A stretch of DNA of 64,000 bases from Rhizophagus irregularis. Taxonomy: Eukaryota. The stretch spans positions 62,001 to 126,000 of the forward strand of contig NC_089431.1 of assembly GCF_026210795.1 (NCBI RefSeq), given 5' to 3'. Positions 1-11,338 of this stretch are shown here, in pieces. A program made the translations under genes and the position numbers. Below the pieces are notes generated by a model that was not told where the DNA came from, made no database searches, and saw only the letters and a list, made by a program, of their open reading frames with translations. The stretch's first letter is position 1; each line of letters begins with the position of its first letter.

Positions 1-560
1 AGAAGGAGAACGGAATTAGCAAAAGAAATAAAAAAAAAAGAAAAATGAAAAAAAGAAACAAAAAAATTTCAATCACCTGCCTTTTCACGAAGAACAAGAA
101 CCGAAAACCTAAAATAAGGAAGAAGGAGTAGCAAAAGAAATAAAAAAAAAATGAAAGAACGAAAAAAAAAGAAATATTTACCTGTCTTTTCATGAAGAAC
201 AAGAACCAAAAACCTAAAATAAAAAAGAAGGAAAATGGAATTAGCAAAAGAAATATAAAAAAAAACAAAAGAACGAAAAAAAAGAAATATTTCAATCACC
301 TGCCTTTTCACGAAGAACAAGAGCTGAAAACCTAAAATAAGGAAAGAAAGCGAACGGAATTAGCAAAGGAAATAAAAAAAAATAACCGAAAAACAAAAAA
401 AAAGCACCTTTCTGTGAAAAATGCAAAGAACCAGAACTTAAAAAGAGAAAGAAGACAAACGAAATTAGTAAAGAAAGCCAAAAAAAAATCAAAACAAAAA
501 AAATCAACTGTGAAGAGCTGAAGAGCCAAAAACCTAAAGGACCTTTCTGTGAAGAACTAA
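1..560 (-). repeat. Tandem exon/intron-like repeat (~105-120 bp unit, 32-nt exon), truncated by window start
   Basis: Minus strand repeats ttattttAG|gttttcggttcttgttcttcgtgaaaaggcag|GTgatt/GTaaat, with GCTAAT branch-like motifs and T-rich tracts. Exon copies at 77-108, 182-213 and 300-331. Confidence 0.7.
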
Positions 561-629
561 GTCTCTATAAGAAAATTAGCAGAGGGAGGTTACTAAAAAA
601 AAGATTATCTTTAGATCATCTAATTGATA

Positions 630-789
630 TTGGACCAAACCGATGATATCGGTTCAGCTCGGATTAAAAATTCGGTTCTGGTTCTGGTTCGGGTCTAAAT
701 CAGAAAACCGAACTGGAATCGGATGGGATTTTCGGTTCAAATCCGGTTCTTTACTAAAACTGCACTGAACCGACCCGTTCGGAGCTTTA
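630..789. mobile_element. hAT-like MITE terminus (remnant)
   Basis: Dense ggttc/aaccg subterminal motifs ending in cggagcttta, like the taaagctc/gagcttta ends of the 9838-10846 element. No partner end found. Confidence 0.45.
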
Positions 790-959
790 ATTACTAGTCA
801 TTGCTATTTATCATCTCGTTTGGACATTGTTCCAGTTGGTTCGATTCTAACAAACAACAAAATAAAATAGAAAATCGCAGATGTTTGTTAGAAATAAGAA
901 AATCATTTCGAAGTTATTACTTTCAAAATGTTTGACATGAAATCTTAGGATCTAAAAAA

Positions 960-3900
960 TAAAGTAAAATGAACATTAGTAGAACGTTCGTTAAAGAAGA
1001 ATAAAAAAAAAATTATAAAGAATTTTGAAGATATACCTTCAAATTCTTTCGTCCAGGAGCCAGAGAAAAAAACCTTACAGAAAAAAACAACTGAAACGTT
1101 AGTAAACATTTCACAAATTAAAAAACATGAAAGAATTTTGAAGGAATTTTACCTTTGAAATTCTGTCCAGAAGCTGTAAACCTGCAAAAAGTAAAAAGAA
1201 AAGACAAACGAAATGTTAGTAAATGTTTCGTTAAACATTAAAAAAAATTAATTTCGAAGGTAAATACCTTCGAAATCCTGAAAAAATCTCCAAGTCTGAT
1301 TCGTCTAACAGGGCGGACATGCATTATATCACAATGTCGATCACTTGCCGATCATGATATAAGTGATATCACGTTAAATTTGAAGCTTTATTCCAAGCAA
1401 TAAATGTTCTGACAATTTATGTTAAATTATTTTATTTAATAGTTTCATTTATCAATAAATTAATATAAAAGTATTGTAGCAAAATAAGGTGTGTTTCAAA
1501 AGTTAGATTTTATGTCAAATTTTCAATAATTAATATATATGCTATATATATGCTGATCATCTGCTAACGTGACTTTGAAGCTTCGGGCAAAGCCACAGAT
1601 CTTTGGGTGAAACTTGAAACTTTTACAGTATATTATTTAGGTATTCAAGAATCAATGGCTAAAATAAACCTGGATAATTTTTGATAACCCAAAAGTTATC
1701 ATTAAATAAATGTTTACAATTATTGTAAAATTAATATATGTCTGATATTTGACAAATTCTTTATGAATTATTTTAAGAACTAATTTATTAACAATAAATA
1801 AAATAAAGTAAATAAAATCGAAATTTTTTACATTATTATGTAGAATTTGTGAAAAAACTAATTTAATGGTATTTTTTTATGTGATAATATTGGACAAGTG
1901 ATCAGTAAAATGATCAGCAATTTCATGATAATATGGGGATGTCCGCCCTGTTAGTTCGTCTAAAGAAGTCCAGCGTCCCTATATAAAGAAGAAAGAACGT
2001 TAGAAACGTTCTTTGAAAAAAAAATAAATTTTAAAGTTTTGCAACGAGAGTTGCGAAACTCACCATTTACCCGTTTCGGGAACCTTGGAATACCGAAACC
2101 TACAATAAAAAAGAAAAATGAAACGTTAGCTAACGTTTCATTTAAATAAAAACAAAAAAAAACAGAATTTCGAAGGTTATCTTAGAAATTCTGTTCAGGA
2201 GCGTCCAGAGAGCCGTGTTCCTACAAAATACAAAAATGAACATTAGAAAATGCTTTGTTAAGTATAATTATTAAAAAAAATTTTTTTCAAAGGTTTCACC
2301 TTCGATATGGGAGACCGAACTCATTTTTGGCTTCCTTTACCTAAAAAAAATAAAATACGAACGTTAGTTAACGTTCGTTTAAATAAAAAAGAAAAAAAAT
2401 TTTCGAAGGTTTTACCTTCGATATGGGAGTCCGGAATTCGGTTTTGGATTCCCTTGCCTAAAAAAAAAAGGAAATACGAACATTAGTTATGTTCGTCAAT
2501 AAATTAAATAAAAAAAAATTTTTTTTTACAAAGATTTTACCTTTGTATGGAAAAACCTTTATATGGGAGTCCAAGTTTTCAGCTTCCTTTATCTAAAAAA
2601 AAAGGAAATATGAACGTTAGTTACGTTCGTTAATAAATAAAAAAGAAAAAAAAATTTCGAAGGTTTTACCTTCGATATGGGAGTTCAGAACTTGTTTTTG
2701 GATTCCCTTGCCTAAAAAAAAAGAAATACGAATGTTAGTTAATGTTCATTAATATAAATATTAAAAAAAATAAAATTTTCAAAGGGTCTTACCTTCGATA
2801 TAGGAGTCCGGAATTTGTTTCGGATTCCTTTGCCTAAAAAAAAAGAAACGAAACGTTATAAACTAAACATTTCGTTAATAAATTAATTAAAAGAAATAAT
2901 TTGAAAGTTTTACCTTCAAACAGAACTTTCAAATAGGTCCGGAACATACCTTCAGCGTTCTGGACCTATAAAATACAAAAACAAACATAACTAATGTTCG
3001 TTAAAGTTAAATTATAAAAAAAAAAATATTTCGAAGATTTTTACCTTTGAAATAAACGTTCGGAGCCGTTCTTCAGCGCCCAGGACCTAAAAACATGAAA
3101 AACGAACGTTAATTAATTTTCGTTAAAATAAAATTAAAAAATATTTCAAAGGTAAACTTTACCTTTGAAATAAACATCTGGAGCCATTCTTTAGCGTTCA
3201 GGACCTATAAAACGTAAAAACGAATGTTAATTAACGTTCGTTAAAATAAAATTAAAAAAATATTTTGAAGGTAAACTTTACCTTCAAAATAAATATCCGG
3301 AGCCATTCTTTGGCGTCCAGGACTTATAAAACGTAAAAACGAACGTTAATTAACATTCGTTAAAATAAAATTAAAAAAAATATTTTAAAGGTAAACTTTA
3401 CCTTCGAAATAAACGTCTGGAGCCATTCTTCGGTGCCTAGGACCTAAAAATATAAAAAATGAACGTTAATTAACGTTCGTTGAAATAAAATTAAAAAAAT
3501 ATTTCGAAGGTAAACTTTACCTTCGAAATAAACGTCCGGAGCCGTTCTTTGGCGTCCAGGACCTATAAAACGTAAAAATGAATGTTAATTAACGTTCGTT
3601 AAAATAAAATTAAAAAAATATTTCAAAGGTAAACTTTACCTTTGAAATAAACGTCCGGAGCTGTTCTTCAGCGTCAAGGACCTAAAAATATGAAAAACGA
3701 ATGTTAATTAACGTTCGTTGAAATAAAATTGAAAAAAATATTTCAAAGGTAAACTTTACCTTCGAAATAAACATCTGGAGTCGTTCTTTGGCGTCCAAGA
3801 CCTATAAAACGTAAAAATGAACATTAGCGATGTTCGTTAAACAAAAATATAAAAAAAAATTTCAAAGGTAAAGGTTTTACCTTCGAAATAAGAGTCCAGA

Positions 3901-4200
3901 GCCATTTTTTGGCGTCCAGGACAAGAAAATAATAAACCGAACGTTGGACAACGTCCGGTATATAAAAAATATTAGTTTCGAAGTTTTACCTTGGAAATAG
4001 AGTCCGGAACTGGTACTTTCAGCGCTCTGGACTTACAAAAAAAAAAAAATAAAATGAACTTTAGCTAATGTTTCATTAAATTTTTTTTTTTTTGAAATGG
4101 AGTTCAGGATGTACCTTTTGTGTTCTGGATTAATAAAATGAACATTTTCTAACGTTCTTTAAATAATATTAATATCAAAGTTTGAAATAGAGTACCTTCG
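960..4200 (-). repeat. Micro-exon/structured-intron array (~119-bp unit, 42-nt exons at 3045-3801)
   Basis: Minus-strand unit: tttatAG|gtcctggacgccaaagaacggctccggacgtttatttcgaag|GTaaag. Donor lies in the palindrome tatttcgaaggtaaactttaccttcgaaata (3500-3530). Branch site lies in palindromes such as tgaaacgttagctaacgtttca (2119-2140). Confidence 0.8.
1305..1954. mobile_element. Non-autonomous TIR element inserted into an exon of the micro-exon array
   Basis: TIRs ctaacagggcggacat / atgtccgccctgttag. Flanking direct repeat ttcgt(c); TSD length is ambiguous (5-6 bp). Confidence 0.8.
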
Positions 4201-5268
4201 GCGTTTTGTAAAATGTATTTTTTGAAGGAGATAAAGGAGTCCGATATCTTTTTAGTCCAAATCTCCTGCATGTTGCAGATTATATGCTGAATGTTAAACA
4301 AATTTGCCTTAAAGACTCCGAACCTTGCAAATAAATTTTTTTTTAAAAAAAAAAATTTCTCTGATAAGTTTCAAAGCTTAAAAAACTATAATAGAAATAT
4401 TTTTTCTTTGAAATCTTTAACAGATTATTTCCTAAAAGGTGTTGTAGAAAAAATTATTTCACAAAGTTTTTTACTTTAGTAATAAGTATTGTAGAAAAAA
4501 TTATTTTTTTAAAGTCTTGTAAAGTTTTTTTTTAAAAAAGTATTGTAAAAAAAATTAAATCAAGTTAGAGTTAATCAAAGTTTAAATATTAAATCAATGA
4601 TGAAATTGCAGATCGAACTGATATTTTAATGAAAAAAAAGCAAAAATCTGCAAAATTGCAGACTCCTGCATAAATTTCACATAAAAAAAAGCAGAAATCT
4701 GCAAAATTGCAGATTACAGCAGAAATTCATACATAAAAAATTGGAAACTTGCAAAATTGCAGATTATTGCATAACTTTGTAAAAAATAAAGAGCAGAAAT
4801 CTGCAAAATCGCAGACTTCCGCATAAATTCACAAAAAAAATGCGGAGATCTGCTAATTTTACAGATCTTCGCAGTTCTGCATCTTAAAAAATTTTCCAAT
4901 ATGAGACAATTCGAATGGTGGTAGTTTCATATTTTTATAATTACTGGATGGCGAGATATCACAATTATTATCACTAATACAATAATAGTAAGTGCATGAT
5001 GCATGTGATGATCATTTGTAAAAAAAAAATTTGTATATTTAAAAATATCCCGATTAGTGTTCATATTTATAAAATAAGGCTATTCTTAATAAAGTTAAGG
5101 AAAAAAAATTTTTTATTTGTAAAAAAAGACTGATCAGTCTTAAAAAGACTGCGATCCTTAAAAAGACTAATGGTCTTATTATATGTGATACAGGACCGAA
5201 AGACTGGTCTGTCTTTTTATGGTGTAGGACTGTAAGACCGTAGTCTTTTAGGACCGATGACCATCTTT

Positions 5269-6212
5269 ACACGTGTAGCTTCGATTTAAGCCTATGTTCA
5301 CTTTGTATAATATCAGTGTATAAAGACGCATAATTTCCTTATATGATATATACAGTCAACTCTCTTTATAGTCACACATTTGGGACAGTCCATATTTGGT
5401 GATTATAAAAAGATGTGACTATATAAAAAATTTCTTATATTAGTATATTATAATTCCGGCCAAAAATTAACATAATTTTGGCCAAAATTATACTTAAAAC
5501 TTTATTGTATCGTAACTCCGCCAATATTAATTGTAGAGAGATGATCGTACCGCCATTCGATTCGTCTCAATGAGACGGTTCCAATGGTATAAAACACATC
5601 GAAATCCAATCACTAGATTAATTTCTGAAATTAAAAAATATTAAATGGTTTTTGAGTAGTAACTCCGTCAATATTGATCACAGAGATATGAGCTTACTAC
5701 CATTCGATTCGTCTTGATGAGGCGATTCCAACGAGCTATTAATCGTCTTTTTACAATCATTAGGTACCGAGAAATTTAGCAAAATGTTAAATGGCGCAGT
5801 AAACATAAATCAAGAAATATAATAATGCCGATGCTATACATTTTATTGAATAACTCATCAACTAGTGATCGTAAAAAGATGAAACAACTACCATTCGATT
5901 CGTCTCAGTGAGACGATTCTAACAAGCTATGATACATCTTTGTACGATTATTAGATGCCAAGTTATTTAATATATTCTTTATATAACTGTGATTATAAAC
6001 AGTTCTTTTTAATATAAGATTTTTGATGATAGGTGTGATAGTGACTATAGATAGATTGTGACTATATAGGATAGATTTTAATAATAAAATGTTTTGAACA
6101 TTCAACTGGTGTGACTATATAGTAGAATGTTACTATAATGGGAGTGACTATAGAGGAAGTTGACTGTATATTACACAAAGCGAACATAGGCTTAAATCGA
6201 AGTTACACATGT
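5269..6212. mobile_element. Small MITE split by a pogo-like insertion
   Basis: ~44-bp inverted repeats acacgtgtagcttcgatttaagcctatgttcactttgtataata / tattacacaaagcgaacataggcttaaatcgaagttacacatgt. Confidence 0.75.
5353..6166. mobile_element. pogo/Tc1-like non-autonomous element (copy 1; copy 2 at 21130-22081)
   Basis: TA|cagtcaact ... agttgactg|TA ends. Internal repeats with ccattcgattcgtct motifs. Highly similar to 21130-22081. Confidence 0.9.
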
Positions 6213-6306
6213 TAGGAAGATCGCTACAGAGCTAGAATTATGGAATTAGAATACAGATAAAATTTTAGCAAATTTATAAAGTCATGTGATTTTATAATAG
6301 GCCAAT

Positions 6307-9029
6307 AACCACCCTAGTGTCACCTCCAAAAAATGGTAGTCGGATTCTAATCTGCCAGATTACATGTGATTTCAAATGCTAATTTTTGATACTTTCATGA
6401 GTATTTAATAATTTTCAAATTTATTTTTTTAAACACATTATTACACATATTTCAAATTGCCAATATGTTTCTGAAATTTAATACTACTATTCCCAATATC
6501 TTATATTCTTATTAAAATCTTTCCAAGTTCTCAGCATAATTCTACAATTTTCAAGTGCTACAATATCATTATTCATTTTTTCCAATAAATTAAAATTAGA
6601 ACAAATATTTTTTAACTTTGACTTGTTATGTGACTCTTCTAATAATTCTTTGGTCTAAGAATTAATATTTACATCAATAAAAATTAAAAATTACTTAGTT
6701 ATATGCAATATTCATGTATACCTTATTTAGTATTTCTTGCAAATAATTTAAATCAGTTTCATACATATGCTGTTTATCGTCACTTTCAATAATATAATTA
6801 TCTTCATTTTCAGTATCTTGAGTTATTGGAATGTTTAGAATTGTATGATCTGGTGTATTCTCTAAGCAAAATACATTTACCAATTCACCTTCATAGGAGG
6901 AAATTAATGGATAATTTCCATTTCTCTGTACCTTTAAATAAATAATAAATATTAGATATAGTACTGTATAAATATAAAAAAAGCAAACCACTTACTTTTT
7001 TAAAAAATATTCCATCAACTTTCTCAACAGAATTAACTAAATGTTTACACAAAAAAACCTGGCTTTTTATATATGCAGGACATGAACATATCCACTTAGC
7101 TGTATTTGTTAAATATTTGCCATTTAATTGAGTAGGTTTTTTTTCATGTTGTTTTCATTCCTTTTTGAAATCTTTTCATCATGGTACAGAATAACGTCCT
7201 TGCTGTAGTAATTGAATTCAATATAACTGCTGGTTAATGACTTTTTTAACAAGAATAAAATATAAATAATCATGCTTAATATGCCACCAATGAGATTCAA
7301 CAACCATTGTTGTTTTAATATGACTAACATTTTTGTTAGCTGCCTGCGCCCATAAAATCCATTTGCCTTTAGAATACCACTCCTTCCAAAAATAAACCAC
7401 AATCGAAGCAAATCATTGTTCTTACAAAATTGTATTATTTCTCCTACACATTCTTTCCAAATTTCATTTGCATTTGTAGTAAAAGTACTGGCAAAATGAT
7501 CCAGAATTTGAATTATTTACAATTTTCCAGTTAACATCTATTGTTGAACACTCTTCATGTGCAATCTTTGGATTATAAGAATGGTAAAAACTTGTTTTAT
7601 TGGATGATAAACGTTGTTTAATAGCACGTTGAATATGCCAAACACACAATTGCAAGTGAGTTTCAGGCCATACTGTTTGTGCTGCATTGATTTCTGCAAA
7701 ATCTTTATCAGTTAAAATGTAAGGAGTATCTTTTAAATTTCGTTCTTTTAAAGCTTGCATCCACTGTATAAGAACTCCAGTTATATTTCGATTTTTTTCA
7801 GTTGAAATTAGAAGATAGCTAAGAGGAAACCCAGTACCATTAATTACACCCATAATAGCATATAGTTCCCATACCAAATTATTGGTATTGTATGTTGCAT
7901 CAATTTCAATTGCATCAAATTTATTATAAAGTAATTGGTAAAATAATACTGTTAAAAATCCTAGAGCAGGCATAGAAGTATTGAGATTATCTAATATAAT
8001 TTCTTGATTAAATTCTTAATAAATATTTTGTTGACAATAAAAGATCAGGATCACGACAGTATGTTTTATGAGATTCAATGGACCACCAATAATAGGTTTG
8101 TTGAACTGTTATATTCTCATATCCATTAATATGATTTTCTTGAATCTGGTGAAAAATTTCAGAAACGGAACAATTAAGATTATCTTGGATAAAGTTCTTA
8201 ATTTCAAGTGTTGTCTTAACATGCTTTGGTCGGAAATGTAACATTTTGTGAGAATATTCAACATTAATTAAATTCAAGTTTGAAAATATTTCTATATTAA
8301 TTATTCCTTCACAATGATAGCGTTCTAAATATGCAGGTGTATCTCTTTGTTTGTCTAAATCATGATATTTTGCTCTTCGTTTTCCAAGTTCAATTCGGCA
8401 ATTACAGTAGTATATTATATGAAAAGAATTTTCTTTTTGAATTTTCTTATAATAAACCCATGAATAGCCATCATCTTCTGAAATAGAATTTATTATACGA
8501 TGACCAATTTCATGTTCAATATTTTCTTTGTCAGATTCATTGTTTTCTAAAATAGCATCATGAAAAGATGATAATTCAATATTAAAAGCTAGACTTAACT
8601 CTTCATTTTCTCCTTCATAAAATTCATTAACATTTTTTAAAGAAGTTAAAGAATTGTATATAATTTCAGTAATATCCAAATAATTAATTACGTCATATTG
8701 TGGCTTATTTTTTGTAAAACGGGTAGTCTTTATATTATTTTGGCAACGTAAACACTTTTTTAAAGCAACACCTTTTTTATTCAGAAACTCTTCATAATTT
8801 CGAAGAACATAACACCCTTTACAGACTTTATTTTATTAGCTTGACATAATTAATAAAAAAATAGTTCATTGAAATGAAGAGAAAAAAACTGATTTTAAAA
8901 TTGATCAAACAAATCGTGCATCAAAATAGATGATCGACATGAGATTACCAAAAATTAGTATCTGAAATTATGTGCAACCGGTAAATTAGAATCCGGCTAC
9001 CATTTTTTAGAGGTGACGCTAGGGTTGTT
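6307..9029 (-). mobile_element. Mutator-like element (MULE) with ~90-bp TIRs and 10-bp TSD
   Basis: TSD ataggccaat at 6297-6306 and 9030-9039. TIR aaccaccctagtgtcacctccaaaaaatggtagtcggattctaat matches the reverse complement of 8940-9029. Confidence 0.92.
6500..8850 (-). pseudogene. Disrupted MULE transposase with SWIM zinc finger
   Basis: MULE DDE motifs DATYNTN...LTDKDFAEINA...LCVWHIQRAIK (7464-7973) and SWIM-like WICSCPAYIKSQVFLCKHL (~7035-7110). Broken by stops and frameshifts; ends approximate. Confidence 0.85.
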
Positions 9030-9179
9030 ATAGGCCAATCAGAAGTTTCAGACAATTTCAGGAGTTTCAGAAAGATTTTGGGATTTCAGAATTAGTTTCA
9101 GAAATAAAATTCTGGCCAAAATTATTTCAGAATTAGAAAATAATTTCGAGCGGCAGCTTTAGTATTAACTAGTGAGAAG

Positions 9180-9450
9180 AAAAGGATTTTTATAGCAGTT
9201 TTAGTAAAAAATGCTGTTATTTATGTGAATTGTATATCAGATATGTACAAAAAAATCAAAGGATATAATGTTGCCTTTTTGGAGTCGCATGAGAAGCTAT
9301 ATCCTTAATGGAAACTTCCAGATACTTTCAAGAAAGAATTCATATCATATGTTTACACTAAACTCATTCAGGTCTTATTAAGTGAAGAAAATTACTTTGC
9401 AGAATTTGATAGTGATGTGAAAAGTGGAAGTGATGAAGAGAATCAGACTC
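9180..9450 (+). pseudogene. Fragment resembling the C-terminal part of an OTT_1508-like deaminase
   Basis: Manual translation IAV-SKKCCYLCELYIRYV...KGYNVAFLESHEKLYP*WKLP resembles the SKxCCxxC...WxxP signature as I recall it. Contains frameshifts and a stop. Confidence 0.5.
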
Positions 9451-9837
9451 TATATTTGAAAATATTCAACCTATAATACAAATATTATATAATACTAAAT
9501 AATAAATGAGTAGTTATTAATAAAGAATAAAAATTGGAATATTTAGCGTGCATATTTAAAAATTTTGAAGTGAAATCTTTATTTTTATATAACAGCCTAG
9601 AATTAAACTAAGAAAGCATATCAAACTCTATAAGATGAGAGTTCCTTTCCACTACTTATTAATTCATTTATTACAATACTATATTATACTCCTTCTTATG
9701 GTATCCTCACAACTTTTTTCACAGTAAGTTCACAAATATCACATCTCACAGTTTCAAATGCATAATCCATAGAATTCTTTTGATCTCTTCTTAAGTTAAT
9801 CAAAAACTGTTAATTAGATGCACTAGAAGATTTATCC

Positions 9838-10846
9838 TAAAGCTCTAATCGGTCTGGCTCTAATCTAGCAATCTGGACTAAAAATTCAGATTGATCCAGT
9901 CTGGATTGATGCTTCAATCTGGACCAAAATATTTGGTCTGATCTGGTCCAGTTTTAGATTATAAATTTAATCCAGACCAAATTTTATGGATTGGATCAGA
10001 CTGGATCGAATAAACGTTTTCACAATAGTTTTATATTAAAACCATTGTGATTGTAATTATTAAATAAAAAAAATGTTGTGAAACATTTTTTTAATATATT
10101 ATTATAAAAAAATGTTTACGCAACTTTTCTATAATTAATTTAATGAAAAAATGTTGTGAAAACATTTTTTTAAAATATTATTATAGAAAAACGTTTTTGC
10201 AACATTTTTATAATTATTTAATAAAAAATGTTGCAAAACGTTTTTTCAAAGTAATTTTAACTAGAAAAACATTTTTGCAACGTTTTTTCAATTAATTTAA
10301 TGAAAAAACATTGCAAAAACGTTTTTTTAATATATTATTATAGAAAAAACATTTTCGCAATGTTTTTATAATAATTTAATGAAAAAATGTTGCGAAATGT
10401 TTTTTCAAAGTAATTTTAACTAGAAAAACGTTTTCACAACATTTTTTCAATTAATTTAATGAAAAAACGTTGTGAAAACATTTTTTTTAATATATTATTA
10501 TAGAAAAAACGTTTTTGCAACGTTTCTATAATAATTTAATGAAAAAACATTGTGAAACATTTTTTCAAAGTAATTTTAATTAGAAAAACGTTTTCACAAC
10601 ATTTTTTTAATTAATTTAATGAAAAACGGTGTGAAAACATTTTTTTAATATATTATTATAAAAAAAACACATAACATTTTTTTATTATAAAACCAGACTG
10701 GACTGGACTAAAATAACTGGTCCAGTCTGGTCTGGTCTCAGATTCTCCTTTTAATATAAACCAGACTGGACTGAAATGAACTAATTTTTCAGTTCAGTCA
10801 TGAGTTACTTCTCAACCCGGACTAATCCAGACTATTTAGAGCTTTA
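9838..10846. mobile_element. Non-autonomous hAT element with internal palindrome array
   Basis: TIRs taaagctctaa / ttagagcttta. 8-bp TSD atttatcc (9830-9837, 10847-10854). ctgga/ccaga subterminal repeats; interior 10020-10690 of tandem aaaacgttgcgaaacgtttt-type hairpins. Confidence 0.92.
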
Positions 10847-10985
10847 ATTTATCCATATTGTTATTTTATTTCATAAAGCTTCAATTGAAGAATTGATCAA
10901 GTTAAATTTAGATAAAATTCTGTCAAAATTATTTATTATATTAGGCTTTGATATATTTATCATCTATATACAGTCTAACCCTATA

Positions 10986-11182
10986 CAGTAACACCTCTCT
11001 AAGTGCACCACCCTTGGGACCATAGTAAAAAAATAGTAGAATGTGCACTTAGAGAGAGTGTGCATTTATAGAGAGTAAAATATTAAGAGCTCTTATAAGT
11101 TAGGATCAGATCCACCGTGCACTTAAAGAGAATTTATATAGTGCGTGCACTTATAGAGGGTGCACTTATAGAGGTGTCACTG
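10986..11182. mobile_element. pogo/Tc1-like MITE
   Basis: TA|cagtaacacctctctaagtgcacc ... ggtgcacttatagaggtgtcactg|TA. Confidence 0.88.
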
Positions 11183-11338
11183 TATAGTCATCTAATTGGT
11201 TTTGCAAAAATTGGTAAGGAACATATCAAAAATCAGCTGATTTCTCTCAATTAGTAATCTTAACTTCCATCCCTATTTGATTAAAATCTGATTGGCTAAA
11301 AAAATTATTACTATTAAATATTAAATATTATACATAAT

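Noticed and set aside
69..529. F-rich 'membrane protein' ORFs (similar cases at 17705-17956, 20477-20709, 23529-23768)
   Set aside because: Read-through of T-rich intron-like or repeat sequence.
2990..3930. CRISPR array (regular palindromic repeats with spacers); also considered for 15340-16490 and 19640-20700
   Set aside because: The spacers are themselves homologous or low-complexity, there are no cas genes, and the context is eukaryotic with splice signals.
5905..6105. Conserved 66-aa ORF duplicated at 21820-22020
   Set aside because: Conservation reflects two copies of one MITE; non-ATG start and no recognisable domain.
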